A stretch of 64,000 bases of DNA from a virus. Every line of letters starts with the position of its first letter. The stretch's first letter is position 1. A program made the position numbers and the translations under genes. The notes under the pieces were generated by a model. It worked only from the letters and a program-made list of their open reading frames with translations, searched no databases and was not told where the DNA came from. The DNA is taken from positions 2,732-66,731 of the IMG/VR virus record IMGVR_UViG_3300048574_000423; one strand, written 5' to 3'. Positions 20,818 to 30,629 of this stretch are shown here, one piece after another.

Positions 20818-21354
20818 TTATTCCGTCGGATAGTCCATATTCTTTAGAAAACCGCTCCCCGCCATCAGCGGCGGCATAACGCTGTAGCCCTTCCGCTTGA
20901 GAATGCGGAACTTGAAATCCAACAGCTCGGGCGGCACGCGCAGTTCTCTGGCAGCGCCAAAGAAGTAGGTGTCATTGCTCAAGATGTCCAGCACATCCTC
21001 GTCAGCCAGCAGGTATTCGGCGGCGAACAGATTCGCCTCGTATTCGTGAACGGATGTATCGTCGAACAGACCGAAATCGCGAAACTCCGCCCCGCCTTGG
21101 AGGTTCCCGTGGAGAACGGCATGGCCCAACTCGTGCGCCAGCACGATCCGCCGGATGTCCTCGGGCAGGTCGCTGTTGATCACAATGACCGGGATACGGA
21201 ACTTGCGCAAATAGAAGCCCTTGCAGTCCGTGGCCGTTTTCCCCATGCTGAGAAAGAGAACCTTGATCCCCAGTGACTTGCAGAGCCGGAGCGGATCGGT
21301 CTCATCATATTTCCTCTGGACTCTTGCGACTTCCCGCACAATGGTTTCCATCAT
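20818..21354 (-). CDS. ImmA/IrrE family metalloprotease
   Basis: VLAHELGHAVLH and EYEANLFAAEYL; directly downstream of the XRE gene. Confidence 0.9.
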   Translation of the reverse strand: MMETIVREVARVQRKYDETDPLRLCKSLGIKVLFLSMGKTATDCKGFYLRKFRIPVIVINSDLPEDIRRIVLAHELGHAVLHGNLQGGAEFRDFGLFDDTSVHEYEANLFAAEYLLADEDVLDILSNDTYFFGAARELRVPPELLDFKFRILKRKGYSVMPPLMAGSGFLKNMDYPTE

Positions 21355-21393
21355 AAATCGAAACGCCTCCTCTCTGAATTGGTGGGGAAATAT

Positions 21394-21837
21394 CTACTCT
21401 GCACGATCATCCGGCTTCTTCTGGCCGAATTTGGCCTTGGCCTCGTTCTTGCAAGTCACATAGGCCGTCATGATCGCCTCGAAGAAGGCGTCCTTGGCTT
21501 CCTGATCCAAAGAACCACCGGCGAGCAGCGCGACGTTGCGGGAGAGCAGTTCTTCCGCTTCCCTGGCACCCTTGCTGCCGAACATCTCCCGCGCGGCGTC
21601 CACGTTCTCTTCCCGGATTCGGCCTTGCTCGGGATCGTCGCATTCTTCGGTCGTAAGGTATTCGGAGGTCACGCCGAGCGCTTTCGCCAACTTTCGCAGC
21701 ATGTTTTCGCGTGGAACCGACTTCCCGCTCTCATAAGAATAGATGGATCGCCTGGACACACCCACCCTCTCCCCAAGTTCGGTCATGGAGAGTTTCGCTC
21801 TCTCCCGCGCGGCGATCAGCTTCTTCGCAAAATCCAT
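21394..21837 (-). CDS. XRE-family prophage repressor
   Basis: LSMTELGERVGVSRRSIYSYESG HTH; RBS GGAGG; divergent from the lytic genes. Confidence 0.9.
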   Translation of the reverse strand: MDFAKKLIAARERAKLSMTELGERVGVSRRSIYSYESGKSVPRENMLRKLAKALGVTSEYLTTEECDDPEQGRIREENVDAAREMFGSKGAREAEELLSRNVALLAGGSLDQEAKDAFFEAIMTAYVTCKNEAKAKFGQKKPDDRAE

Positions 21838-21864
21838 AATTGCTCCTCCCAAGTATTAATTGGC

Positions 21865-21991
21865 AACTTCCCACTCCGGCTTGACAGGCTTGAGGACGTC
21901 TTGGTAGAATTCATTCGTGACGTGAATTCGATTGAATTATACTTCCCGAAAAGCGCGCATGTCAACGGAAATACCTGGGAAGTGGGAAGTT
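21865..21991. promoter_or_regulatory. Genetic switch with opposed sigma-A promoters and operator repeats
   Basis: Rightward TTGACA(21881)-18-TAGAAT(21905). Leftward TTGACA(21965)-18-TATAAT(21941). Inverted repeat AACTTCCCACT at 21865-21875 and 21981-21991. Confidence 0.75.
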
Positions 21992-22013
21992 TCAGACGGA
22001 GGGAGCAGGGGCC

Positions 22014-22304
22014 ATGCGCGAAGCCGAAGAGGTGATACTTCACAGCGTTCAAGGTGTCATCTCCGAATCAATGCAGAGGATGCTTGAAGCGAGGGCTCCA
22101 ACAAAAGCAAGGAAGGTGACGATTTTGTGTGATTCACCCTGGAACAAGTTGGTTTGTCCGAAGTGCGGTAAAAGGGCTTTGGACATCTCGAAGATTTTCC
22201 CCAAAGATGTCGAAGTGGCGCTTAAATGTCCGAACTGCCACAAATTGGTGATCATCCCGTGTACGGAAAAATCGATTTTGCGGAAGGCCTCGGGCAACCG
22301 TTAA
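22014..22304 (+). CDS. Small zinc-ribbon protein, first lytic gene
   Basis: CPKC...CPNC; RBS GGAG. Confidence 0.65.
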   Translation: MREAEEVILHSVQGVISESMQRMLEARAPTKARKVTILCDSPWNKLVCPKCGKRALDISKIFPKDVEVALKCPNCHKLVIIPCTEKSILRKASGNR

Positions 22305-22394
22305 GCCGGAGCGGTATCCAAGCCACCGGTCGAGACCCAAAAACGAATAGGATCATACCGAGCAAAGGCACCGCATCGCGTCGAGTGACCAAAT

Positions 22395-22456
22395 GGCCGG
22401 ATGAATGTCGAAACACCCCTGTGCGGGTGGAGTAGGTTCATCCGGCCTTTTTCTTT
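22395..22456 (+). terminator. Long hairpin with an inner stem and U-tract (terminator/attenuator)
   Basis: GGCCGGATGAA/TTCATCCGGCC 11-bp stem, inner CACCC/GGGTG stem, then TTTTTCTTT. Confidence 0.6.
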
Positions 22457-22479
22457 GGAGATTTTCTTCGACAAATTTC

Positions 22480-22508
22480 TCAAACCTGACAAAAGGTGTC
22501 AGGTTTGA
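22480..22508. promoter_or_regulatory. Perfect 12-bp inverted repeat, candidate operator
   Basis: TCAAACCTGACA-AAAGG-TGTCAGGTTTGA upstream of an HTH gene. Confidence 0.6.
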
Positions 22509-22552
22509 CCGGTAACATGGCCCCAGAGCCAAGGGAAAGGAGGTGATCGACC

Positions 22553-22909
22553 GTGAACGCCAACGAGCGGCGCGCTGAAATCATGCGAATTTTGATCGCG
22601 CGCCGCAGCGAGACAACGCCCCGTCTTGCGATGGAACTGGGTGTATCCGTCCGCACAGTGCTGCGGGACGTTGTGGCGCTCACGGCCGATTATCCTCTGG
22701 AAACCCAACAGGGGAACGGCGGCTGCGTGAAGGTGGCGGACTGGTACCATCCGCACCGGAACATCCTCTCCGGCGAGCAGCAGCACATCCTCTCCCAGAT
22801 GGTGGCAATCGGCAACGAGCAGCAAGCCAAAGTCCTGCGCGAAATGCTCGCTGAATATGGCTCTCCGAAGGGTAGGCAGACGTTACAGGAGGAAAGAGAT
22901 GCGGGATAA
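22553..22909 (+). CDS. HTH_11-type winged-helix protein
   Basis: LAMELGVSVRTVLRDVVAL; RBS AAAGGAGGTG, GTG start. Confidence 0.8.
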   Translation: MNANERRAEIMRILIARRSETTPRLAMELGVSVRTVLRDVVALTADYPLETQQGNGGCVKVADWYHPHRNILSGEQQHILSQMVAIGNEQQAKVLREMLAEYGSPKGRQTLQEERDAG

Positions 22910-24326
22910 CAACGCACAAATGCCCATCCGCGCCGCACCGTACCGGCATCAGGTAGAAGCCTTTATCTTTGTAAGGCAACTGCTCGCTTCGCCCCAGGGT
23001 GGCGGGGCCGCGCTCCTGATGGAGATGGGTACAGGCAAGACGATCACCTCTGTGGCCATCACCGGCGCGCTGTGGAACGCCGAGCGCATCCGTCGCCTGC
23101 TGGTGGTCGCGCCGCTCTCCATCCTGGGCGTGTGGGAGGATGAATTCCAGAAGTTCGCCGCCTTCGACTACTCCCTGGCCATGCTCGAAGGCACCACCGC
23201 CCGGAAGGTCGATACCATCCGGCATATGAACGGCTCCGCGCTCCAGGTGCTCGTGGTGAACTACGAAAGCGCGTGGCGTCTGGAGGCCGAACTGCTCAAA
23301 TGGGCACCCGACCTCATCATCGCGGATGAGGGCCACAAGATCAAGACCCACAACATCGCGGCATCGAAGGCGTTGCACCGGTTGGGCGCGAAGGCGAAGT
23401 ACCGCCTGCTGCTCACCGGCACGGTCATCACCAACAAGCCGGTGGACGTGTTCAGCCAGTACAAATTCGCCGATCCCCGCGTGTACGGCCAGAGCTTCTA
23501 CCTGTTCCGCAACCGCTACTTCGACATGACAGGCTACGGCAACCACACGCCGGTCATGAAACGGTCGATGGAGCCAGAATTCACCGAGCGCCTGCATTCC
23601 ATCGCGTTCCGGGCGACCAAGGAGGAATGCCTCGATCTCCCCGACACCATGGACATTGTGCAGCGGGTGGAGCTTGAGCTTGCCGCCATGCGAACCTACC
23701 GCCAACTCGTCAAGGACAGCTATGCGGAGTTGGCTGGCGACACCGTGACCGTCACCAATGTGCTGACGAGGCTTTTGCGGCTCTCGCAGCTCACGGGTGG
23801 ATTCCTGGGCGGCGACGATTCGTCGGCCACCGAGCAGGTATCCTCGGCCAAGCTGGACGCGCTCTCCGACATCATCGAAAGCGCGGAACAGGACGGAAAG
23901 AAGCTCGTGGTCATCGCCCGGTTCATCCCGGAGATCCACGCCATCGGGAAGCTGCTCACGAAGAAGGGCATCCGATATTCGCAGATTTCCGGCGAGATCA
24001 AAGACCGCGATGCGCAGGTGGCAGCCTTCCAGAACGATCCCGGCGTGACGGTGTTCGTCGGCCAGATTGCCACGGCAGGCCTGGGAATCACACTGACGGC
24101 GGCGTCCACCATGGTTTTCTTCTCAATGGACTACTCCATGAGCAACTACGAACAGACCCGCGCCCGCATCCATCGCGTCGGCCAGCGGCAGCCCTGCACC
24201 TACATCCATCTCGTCGCCAAGGGCACGGTGGACGAAAAGGTGCTCCAGGCGCTCCGGGACAAGGCCAACCTCGCCAAGGCGCTGGTGGACGATTACCGGG
24301 CCGGGCGCAACCCCTTCACTACATGA
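22899..24326 (+). CDS. Phage SNF2-family helicase
   Basis: MEMGTGKT, DEGH, LTGT, GLGITLT, QTRARIHRVGQ. Confidence 0.9.
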   Translation: MRDNNAQMPIRAAPYRHQVEAFIFVRQLLASPQGGGAALLMEMGTGKTITSVAITGALWNAERIRRLLVVAPLSILGVWEDEFQKFAAFDYSLAMLEGTTARKVDTIRHMNGSALQVLVVNYESAWRLEAELLKWAPDLIIADEGHKIKTHNIAASKALHRLGAKAKYRLLLTGTVITNKPVDVFSQYKFADPRVYGQSFYLFRNRYFDMTGYGNHTPVMKRSMEPEFTERLHSIAFRATKEECLDLPDTMDIVQRVELELAAMRTYRQLVKDSYAELAGDTVTVTNVLTRLLRLSQLTGGFLGGDDSSATEQVSSAKLDALSDIIESAEQDGKKLVVIARFIPEIHAIGKLLTKKGIRYSQISGEIKDRDAQVAAFQNDPGVTVFVGQIATAGLGITLTAASTMVFFSMDYSMSNYEQTRARIHRVGQRQPCTYIHLVAKGTVDEKVLQALRDKANLAKALVDDYRAGRNPFTT

Positions 24327-24334
24327 TTGGAGGC

Positions 24335-24751
24335 ATGATGGAAAACAACCGGCTCTTTGAATTGGCCGACGAGCTGAAAGCCTTGCGCAACCGTAAGGAT
24401 GCACTGGAGGCCGAACTGAAGCAGGTCAACATGGACATCGACAACGTGGACTGGCACCTTTCCACGTTGATGATGGAAACCGAGACGCAGAATTTCACCC
24501 GCGCGGGCACCATGTTCTGCCTGACCACCAAGACCCGCGCCTCCGCCACGGAGGGTATGAAGGACGAGTTGTACGGCGCGCTCCGTGCCGAGGGCTTCGG
24601 CGACCTGATCTACGAAACCGTCAACGCGAATTCGCTCTCCGCCTTCGTGAAGGAGCAGATTTCCGAGAACGACGATTCTCTCCCCACATGGCTGGACGGC
24701 CTCGTGAACGTATTCGAGAAAACGACTGTCGGCGTCCGTAAGGCTCGCTGA
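24335..24751 (+). CDS. Phage replication-module hypothetical protein (Gp157-like)
   Basis: N-terminal coiled coil; conserved position between helicase and PolA; RBS GGAGG. Confidence 0.6.
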   Translation: MMENNRLFELADELKALRNRKDALEAELKQVNMDIDNVDWHLSTLMMETETQNFTRAGTMFCLTTKTRASATEGMKDELYGALRAEGFGDLIYETVNANSLSAFVKEQISENDDSLPTWLDGLVNVFEKTTVGVRKAR

Positions 24752-24774
24752 TCAACGAAAGGAAGGATTTCAAT

Positions 24775-25512
24775 ATGAGCAAGAACGAGATGATCCCCAC
24801 CAACAGCTACACCGCCCTGGAGGGCTTCAACCTCGCCAATGCGCTGTCCGAGGAAATGGTTGGCATGAACGTCACCTTCGACCGGGTGACGATTCCCGCC
24901 GCCGGAGGCACCGTGTTCGAGGTGCCCGGCGCGCTGCCCGGCGAGACGGATACGGTGAAGGAATTCTCCGGCGTGATCCTGTTCCACCATCCGCTGTTCA
25001 CCTACTACCGCGAGCGCTTCACGGGCGGCAACAATCCCCCGGACTGCGGCAGCTACGATGGCGTGACCGGCATGGGTGATCCGGGCGGAGCCTGCGCCCA
25101 TTGCCCGCTCAACCAGTTCGGCAGCGGCGAGAACGGTGGCAAGGCCTGTAAGAACAAGCGCCGCATCTTCATCCTGCGCGAGGGCGAGATGATCCCGCTG
25201 GTGCTGACGCTGCCCACCGGCTCCATGAAGGAATTCGGCGTGTACATCAAGCGGCTGCTGGGCAAGGGCCGGAAATCCTGCTCCGTGGTGACGCGTTTCT
25301 CTCTCAAGAAGGTGACGAACGCGGGCGGCATCGCCTACTCGCAGGCGCAGTTCGCCGTGGATCGGGCGCTGACCGACGCGGAGCTTCCCCTGATCCTCTC
25401 GATGGCCGAACAGGTGAAGCAGTTCGCCACGCGCGTCGGGTATGAGGACGAGGTTGCCCCGGTGGAGGCCATCGACCTTGAAACCGGCGAGGTCATTGAG
25501 CCGTTGCGCTAA
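24775..25512 (+). CDS. Putative phage ssDNA-binding/recombination protein
   Basis: CxxCPxNQFGS...GKACKN motif, acidic tail, lies just upstream of PolA. Confidence 0.55.
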   Translation: MSKNEMIPTNSYTALEGFNLANALSEEMVGMNVTFDRVTIPAAGGTVFEVPGALPGETDTVKEFSGVILFHHPLFTYYRERFTGGNNPPDCGSYDGVTGMGDPGGACAHCPLNQFGSGENGGKACKNKRRIFILREGEMIPLVLTLPTGSMKEFGVYIKRLLGKGRKSCSVVTRFSLKKVTNAGGIAYSQAQFAVDRALTDAELPLILSMAEQVKQFATRVGYEDEVAPVEAIDLETGEVIEPLR

Positions 25513-25572
25513 AGCCAAAGCGCCGGAGGGTGGGCCTCCCATCCTCCGGCATTCCGAAAGGAGTGATACCGA

Positions 25573-27495
25573 ATGAGTTACCGAATGAAAACCGACCTGC
25601 AGGCCATTGAAGATTATCTTCAAGGCGCGCCGGTCGTGGCCTTCGACTTTGAAACCTCGCCGCTGCTGCAATACCGGGAAGACAACCGCGCCGCGCTGGA
25701 CGCGCACCGCGCCTGTATCGTGGGCATATCGCTTTCCGTGGCGGAGGGCAGCGCCATCTACATTCCGCTGGAGCATATCGGCGGCGGCAATGCCGACCCG
25801 GACGAGGTGATCCCCTTCCTGCGGGACGCGCTTTGGATGAATCCCACCGTCACGAAGGTGGCCCACAACCTCTCTTTCGAGAGCATGTTCCTGTACGCCC
25901 TCGGCATCATCCTCCAGCCGCCGTGCTATGACACCATCGCCGCCGCACAGCTTACTTTGAAGAACACCTTTGAGTTTCGCGGCCTGTCCGACAGCGGCTT
26001 GAAAACGCTGGTGCCGGGGTTGTTTGGGGACGAGTTGCCCTCCTTCGAGGATGTGACGCAGGGTCGCTTTTTCGACGAGCTGGATTCTCACGACCCGGAA
26101 ACCGTGCGCTACGCCTGCGCCGACGCGGATTATGCGCTCCGGCTGTACCATCGGTTCAACCAATGGTTCGACGCATTCCTGCCCAAGCACCGTTACATCG
26201 TTGAGCAGGTGGAATCCCCCACGGCGGTCTACTGCGGCCTGATGAAGTACAACGGCCTGCTGATGGACGAGGTTGCCATGATCCGCAAACAGGGCAAATG
26301 CGCGGCCCGGGTGATTGACCTGCAAGCCAAAATCCACAGCATGATCGGCGACGTGGACATCGGCGCAAACGCGGGGACGCAGGCATTCAAGGACTACCTG
26401 TTCAAAGACCTCGGCCTGCCGGTTCTGAAAACGACGGAGAAGAACGCCGAGGCTGCCGACGATCAGGTGATGGTGATGCTCGCGGAATGGTGCGCGGAGC
26501 ACCGCCCGGAATTGGTGCCGTTGTTCGAGCTGGTGCAGGCATACCGCAAGTGGTCGAAGCTCAAGACCACCTACATCGACGGATACCTGCGGTTCGTGAA
26601 CCCGGCGACCGGGCGCATCCATCCCGACCTCATGCCGCTGGCCACCGAGACAGGCAGGTTTGCTGCGCGAAACCCCAACATGCAAAACTGCCCGCGCAAG
26701 ACGAACGACCCTGTGGGCATCCGTTCGTTCATCATCGCGCCGGAGGGCCATGTGCTGGTTTCCTGCGACTTTTCGCAGATCGAGCTGCGCGTCGGCGCCT
26801 TCTATTGCCGCGATGCGAAAATGCTAGAAACCTACCGCACAGGCGGCGACATCCATGCGCAGACCACCGGCGTCATCTTCGGCATTCCCTACGCACAGGC
26901 GGTGGACAAGGGCGCGCCCGACTACAAAGAGCGCCGGACGATTGCCAAGAACGTCAACTTCGGCGTGTTCTACGGCCTGTTCGCACGCGGCCTCCAGCGG
27001 ACGCTGAAATTCAAGGCGGGGCTGGCGGCGTCGGTGGAGGATTGCGAGGGCGTCATCCGCAACCTCAAAGCCGGTTATCCGAATCTGGCCCGCTGGCAGG
27101 AGCAGGCGAAGAAGGCTGCCACCGCCCGCCAGTATACGCAGACTTTCCTCGGGCGGCGGCGCTATCTGCCGGGTATCCGCTCGCAGGATTGGGGACGCCG
27201 GAGCTTCGCGGAGCGCTGTGCGCTGAATACCCCGATCCAGGGCACCGCCGCCGACATCCTCAAGCTGGCGCTGGGCCGCTTGGTGGAACGGCTGCCGGAG
27301 CGTCCGTGGCTGAAACCGCTGCTGCAAATCCACGACGAGCTGGTGTTCGAGCTGCCCGCCGACCGGCTTCATGAGGCCGTGGGCTTCATCCGGGAGTGCA
27401 TGGACGCCCAGCCCTTCCCGGAGATGGACGTGCCGATTGCCGCCGAGGCCTCCTATGGGCCGGATTTCGGACACATGGAGGAAATGGAACCGTGA
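25573..27495 (+). CDS. polA: Family A DNA polymerase with 3'-5' exonuclease
   Basis: DFET exonuclease motif, TGRF...PNMQN, DFSQIELR, KNVNFGVFYG, NTPIQGTAAD, QIHDE. Confidence 0.95.
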   Translation: MSYRMKTDLQAIEDYLQGAPVVAFDFETSPLLQYREDNRAALDAHRACIVGISLSVAEGSAIYIPLEHIGGGNADPDEVIPFLRDALWMNPTVTKVAHNLSFESMFLYALGIILQPPCYDTIAAAQLTLKNTFEFRGLSDSGLKTLVPGLFGDELPSFEDVTQGRFFDELDSHDPETVRYACADADYALRLYHRFNQWFDAFLPKHRYIVEQVESPTAVYCGLMKYNGLLMDEVAMIRKQGKCAARVIDLQAKIHSMIGDVDIGANAGTQAFKDYLFKDLGLPVLKTTEKNAEAADDQVMVMLAEWCAEHRPELVPLFELVQAYRKWSKLKTTYIDGYLRFVNPATGRIHPDLMPLATETGRFAARNPNMQNCPRKTNDPVGIRSFIIAPEGHVLVSCDFSQIELRVGAFYCRDAKMLETYRTGGDIHAQTTGVIFGIPYAQAVDKGAPDYKERRTIAKNVNFGVFYGLFARGLQRTLKFKAGLAASVEDCEGVIRNLKAGYPNLARWQEQAKKAATARQYTQTFLGRRRYLPGIRSQDWGRRSFAERCALNTPIQGTAADILKLALGRLVERLPERPWLKPLLQIHDELVFELPADRLHEAVGFIRECMDAQPFPEMDVPIAAEASYGPDFGHMEEMEP

Positions 27496-27923
27496 ACGAA
27501 CGGATGAGAAACGCCGAGGGTTATTACGACCCCACGGCCGCGACCGCCTTGCTGACCATCGAGCGGGAGAAACGCGCGAAGCGGCTCGGCTACATGCCGC
27601 TGGTCTATATCTGCTCCCCGTATGCGGGCGACGTTGAAAGGAATGTTCAAAACGCCCGGCGCTACTGCGCCTATGCCCTCTCCAAGGGCGTGTTGCCTAT
27701 CGCGCCGCACCTGCTGTTCCCTCAGTTTATGGGCAGCGAAGAAACCGAGGAAACCCGCGAGCTGGCGCTGCACATGGGCCTGATCCTTCTTACGAAGTGC
27801 CACGAGTTGTGGTATTTCGGGGATACCGTGAGCGAAGGCATGAAGAAGGAGCTGAACCGGGCGCGCTGGCGCGACATGGTCGTGCGCCATTTTACCGATG
27901 ATTGCATGGAGGTACCGATATGA
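27492..27923 (+). CDS. DUF4406-like (nucleoside 2-deoxyribosyltransferase-like) protein
   Basis: VYICSPYAGD...PIAPHLLFPQF...CHELWYFG...SEGM. Confidence 0.7.
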   Translation: MNERMRNAEGYYDPTAATALLTIEREKRAKRLGYMPLVYICSPYAGDVERNVQNARRYCAYALSKGVLPIAPHLLFPQFMGSEETEETRELALHMGLILLTKCHELWYFGDTVSEGMKKELNRARWRDMVVRHFTDDCMEVPI

Positions 27924-30451
27924 GCTTCCCCACGGAATTGGCGGCGCTGCCGCAGTGGATATGCTGGCGGCTGGAACCCGACCCGAAGGGCGACAAACCG
28001 CGCAAGGTTCCCTATGATCCCAAGACCGGGCGCAAGGCGTCCTCCACCAACCCGCAGACCTGGGCGACGCTGCCGGAGGCCGAAGCCGCCCGCGACAGGT
28101 ACTCGTTCACGGGCTTGGGTTTCGTATTTACGGAGGAACGCGGCATCGTCGGCGTGGACATCGACCATTGCCGGGAAGCGGATGGTTCGCTCAATGATAC
28201 CGCCCACGCCATTCTGGAAAAGCATCTGTCCTACACGGAAATCTCGCCCTCGGGCACCGGCCTGCACATCTTCTACCACGGCGTGATGCCGGGCAAGGGC
28301 AACAAGAACAGCGCCACCGGCGTGGAGATGTACTCCACGGGCCGCTACTTCACCATGACCGGGCAGCGGCTGGACGGTACGCCCGAAGACATCGCGGACG
28401 GCGCGGCGGCGCTTCCGTGGATTCATGAAGCCTTCCTTGCCAAGAAGCGCAGACCCAGGGCGGCCAAGACCGCGCGCAAAACGGTGCGGCTGGCCGACGA
28501 GCAGGTGCTGGAAAAGGCCCGCGCCGCGTCCGGCGGCGAGGATTTCGCCGACCTGTGGGAAGGCCGTTGGAAGGACAAGTACGGCTCCCAATCCGAAGCC
28601 GACCTCGCGCTTTGCTGTGCGCTCGCCTTCTGGACGGGCAAGGACGCCGAGCAGATGGACAGGCTGTTCCGGCAATCGTCCCTCCTGCGCGAGAAATGGG
28701 ACACCGTCCACCATGCGGACGGCTCCACCTACGGCGCGGAGACGATCCGGCAGGCCATCGCGCGCACCGAGCAGACCTATTCCCCGGAGGGCGAGCCGGT
28801 CATCATCGAGCAGAACGGGCGGTATTACCGTGTGAAGGGCGAGCAGGTCTACCCGATCACCAATTTCATCGTCCGCCCGCTGGAGATGCTCATCTCCGAG
28901 GATGAAACGCAGATGACCTGCGACCTCGTGACCATGTACGGCGAAACCTTCCGGCAAACCTTCATGACCACCGATTTCGGCAACCTCCAGCGATTCAAGG
29001 GTGTTCTCAACAAGCGGACGATCTCGCTTTCCTACACCGGCAGCGAAGGCGACCTTGAATTGCTCAAGGGCTATCTGGCCGGGTTGGAATGGCAGGTGAA
29101 GTACGGCGTCAAGGCGCTGGGCCTCCATGAACGGGATGGCAGGTGGGTTTTCGTCAGCAAGGGCGGCGCGTGCGCAGCGGGCGGCGAAGTAATCGAGGAT
29201 ATGGTTCAGCTCGAAAAGCACGCCTCCATTGAAACCACGCTCACGGAAGCCTCCGCTATTGCGCCGGATCGCTTCGCGGAGTTTGCGCCGCTGCTGCTGG
29301 GATACAACGAACCCGCCAAGACGGTGACGGTGCTGGCATGGTGCGCCGGATGCTTTGCCAAGGAGCACCTGCGGAAGGCGGGCATCAAGTACCCGCACCT
29401 GTTCCTGATCGGCGAGGCGGGCAGCGGCAAATCGAACACCCTGGAGCGCGTGATTCTGCCCATCTTCGGGCGGAGCAAGGTGGTCGCCGCGCCGCAGGTC
29501 ACGGCCTTTACCCTGATGAAGGACGCTGCCTCCAGCAACCTGTTCCCACAGGCGTTGGACGAGTTCAAGCCTTCGAAAATCGACCGCTACCGGTTGGATG
29601 CCCTGCACAACCATTTGCGCGACAGCTACGACGGCCATGCGGGTGTGCGCGGGCGCGCCGATCAGTCGCAGGTATATTATGACCTGCTTGCTCCGGTGGT
29701 CGTGGCGGGCGAGGAATCGGCGGACGAAACCGCCGTGCGCGAACGCGGCATGGAACTGCTGTTCAGCAAGCGCGACCTCAAAGAAGCGACGTGCCGCGCA
29801 TCCTTCCAGCGGCTGGCCGCGATGCAGAGCGACCTCCCCGCGCTGGGCCGGGCGCTCCTGGATACAGCGCTGACGCTGTCCACCGAGGCCGTACGGCAAT
29901 GGCATGACGAGGTGCTTGCACTGTTCAACGCCGCGCTGCCCTCGCGCATTGTAAACAACCTCGCCTGCTGCATGGTCGGCGTCCGGCTGCTTGAAGCGCT
30001 CTGCGCCCGGCTGGGTTTTGCATGGGGACAGGTATTCCCCCTTGGCGTGGACGCCTGCGTCAAGCACATGGAGTATGCCGTCCGGGAGTATCTGCTCGAT
30101 GGCGGCGATACCAACAAGAGCATCATCGAGCAGACGCTGGAGGTCATGGACAGGATGACCGTGAGCCAGGAGCATTGTGCCGTCTCCAAGGATGGAAAGG
30201 AGATTGCCTTCCTGTTCGCCCGGTTCTACGACCAGTACACGAAGTACCGGCGCGACCATGCCATCTCCGGTGAGTGCCTGCCATACAACCAGTTTGTGAA
30301 GCAGCTCAAGAAGTCCGACCTGTTTCTGGCCTTCAAGACGGTGCGGATCGGCAGCGGAACGCCCAAGGCGTATGTGCTTGACTATGAGTTGATCCGGCAG
30401 CGCTGCAATGTATCGGGGTTCCTCGGAACCGATGTTCCGCCGTTATACTGA
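27920..30451 (+). CDS. Primase-polymerase/helicase
   Basis: PQWICW, GVDIDHC, YTEISPSGTGLH (prim-pol); SQSEADLALC (PriCT-like); Walker A GEAGSGKS. Confidence 0.85.
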   Translation: MSFPTELAALPQWICWRLEPDPKGDKPRKVPYDPKTGRKASSTNPQTWATLPEAEAARDRYSFTGLGFVFTEERGIVGVDIDHCREADGSLNDTAHAILEKHLSYTEISPSGTGLHIFYHGVMPGKGNKNSATGVEMYSTGRYFTMTGQRLDGTPEDIADGAAALPWIHEAFLAKKRRPRAAKTARKTVRLADEQVLEKARAASGGEDFADLWEGRWKDKYGSQSEADLALCCALAFWTGKDAEQMDRLFRQSSLLREKWDTVHHADGSTYGAETIRQAIARTEQTYSPEGEPVIIEQNGRYYRVKGEQVYPITNFIVRPLEMLISEDETQMTCDLVTMYGETFRQTFMTTDFGNLQRFKGVLNKRTISLSYTGSEGDLELLKGYLAGLEWQVKYGVKALGLHERDGRWVFVSKGGACAAGGEVIEDMVQLEKHASIETTLTEASAIAPDRFAEFAPLLLGYNEPAKTVTVLAWCAGCFAKEHLRKAGIKYPHLFLIGEAGSGKSNTLERVILPIFGRSKVVAAPQVTAFTLMKDAASSNLFPQALDEFKPSKIDRYRLDALHNHLRDSYDGHAGVRGRADQSQVYYDLLAPVVVAGEESADETAVRERGMELLFSKRDLKEATCRASFQRLAAMQSDLPALGRALLDTALTLSTEAVRQWHDEVLALFNAALPSRIVNNLACCMVGVRLLEALCARLGFAWGQVFPLGVDACVKHMEYAVREYLLDGGDTNKSIIEQTLEVMDRMTVSQEHCAVSKDGKEIAFLFARFYDQYTKYRRDHAISGECLPYNQFVKQLKKSDLFLAFKTVRIGSGTPKAYVLDYELIRQRCNVSGFLGTDVPPLY

Positions 30452-30479
30452 GCCTTGCCACGATCGATGGGACGGGGCT

Positions 30480-30617
30480 TGTGGTAGTGTGGTAGAAAAT
30501 CTTGATTTTCTACATCTACACGGAAAACAGAAATGCGTTTCGCACGCACATGCGCGCACGCGCGCGTATATACGGCTACCTATCCCCAAACCCCTCCACA
30601 GCTACCACAATACCACA
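30480..30617. other. Candidate phage replication origin
   Basis: 16-bp inverted repeats (15/16) flanking a 34-nt alternating purine-pyrimidine tract, directly after the primase gene. Confidence 0.5.
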
Positions 30618-30629
30618 AAGGAGGCGCGA

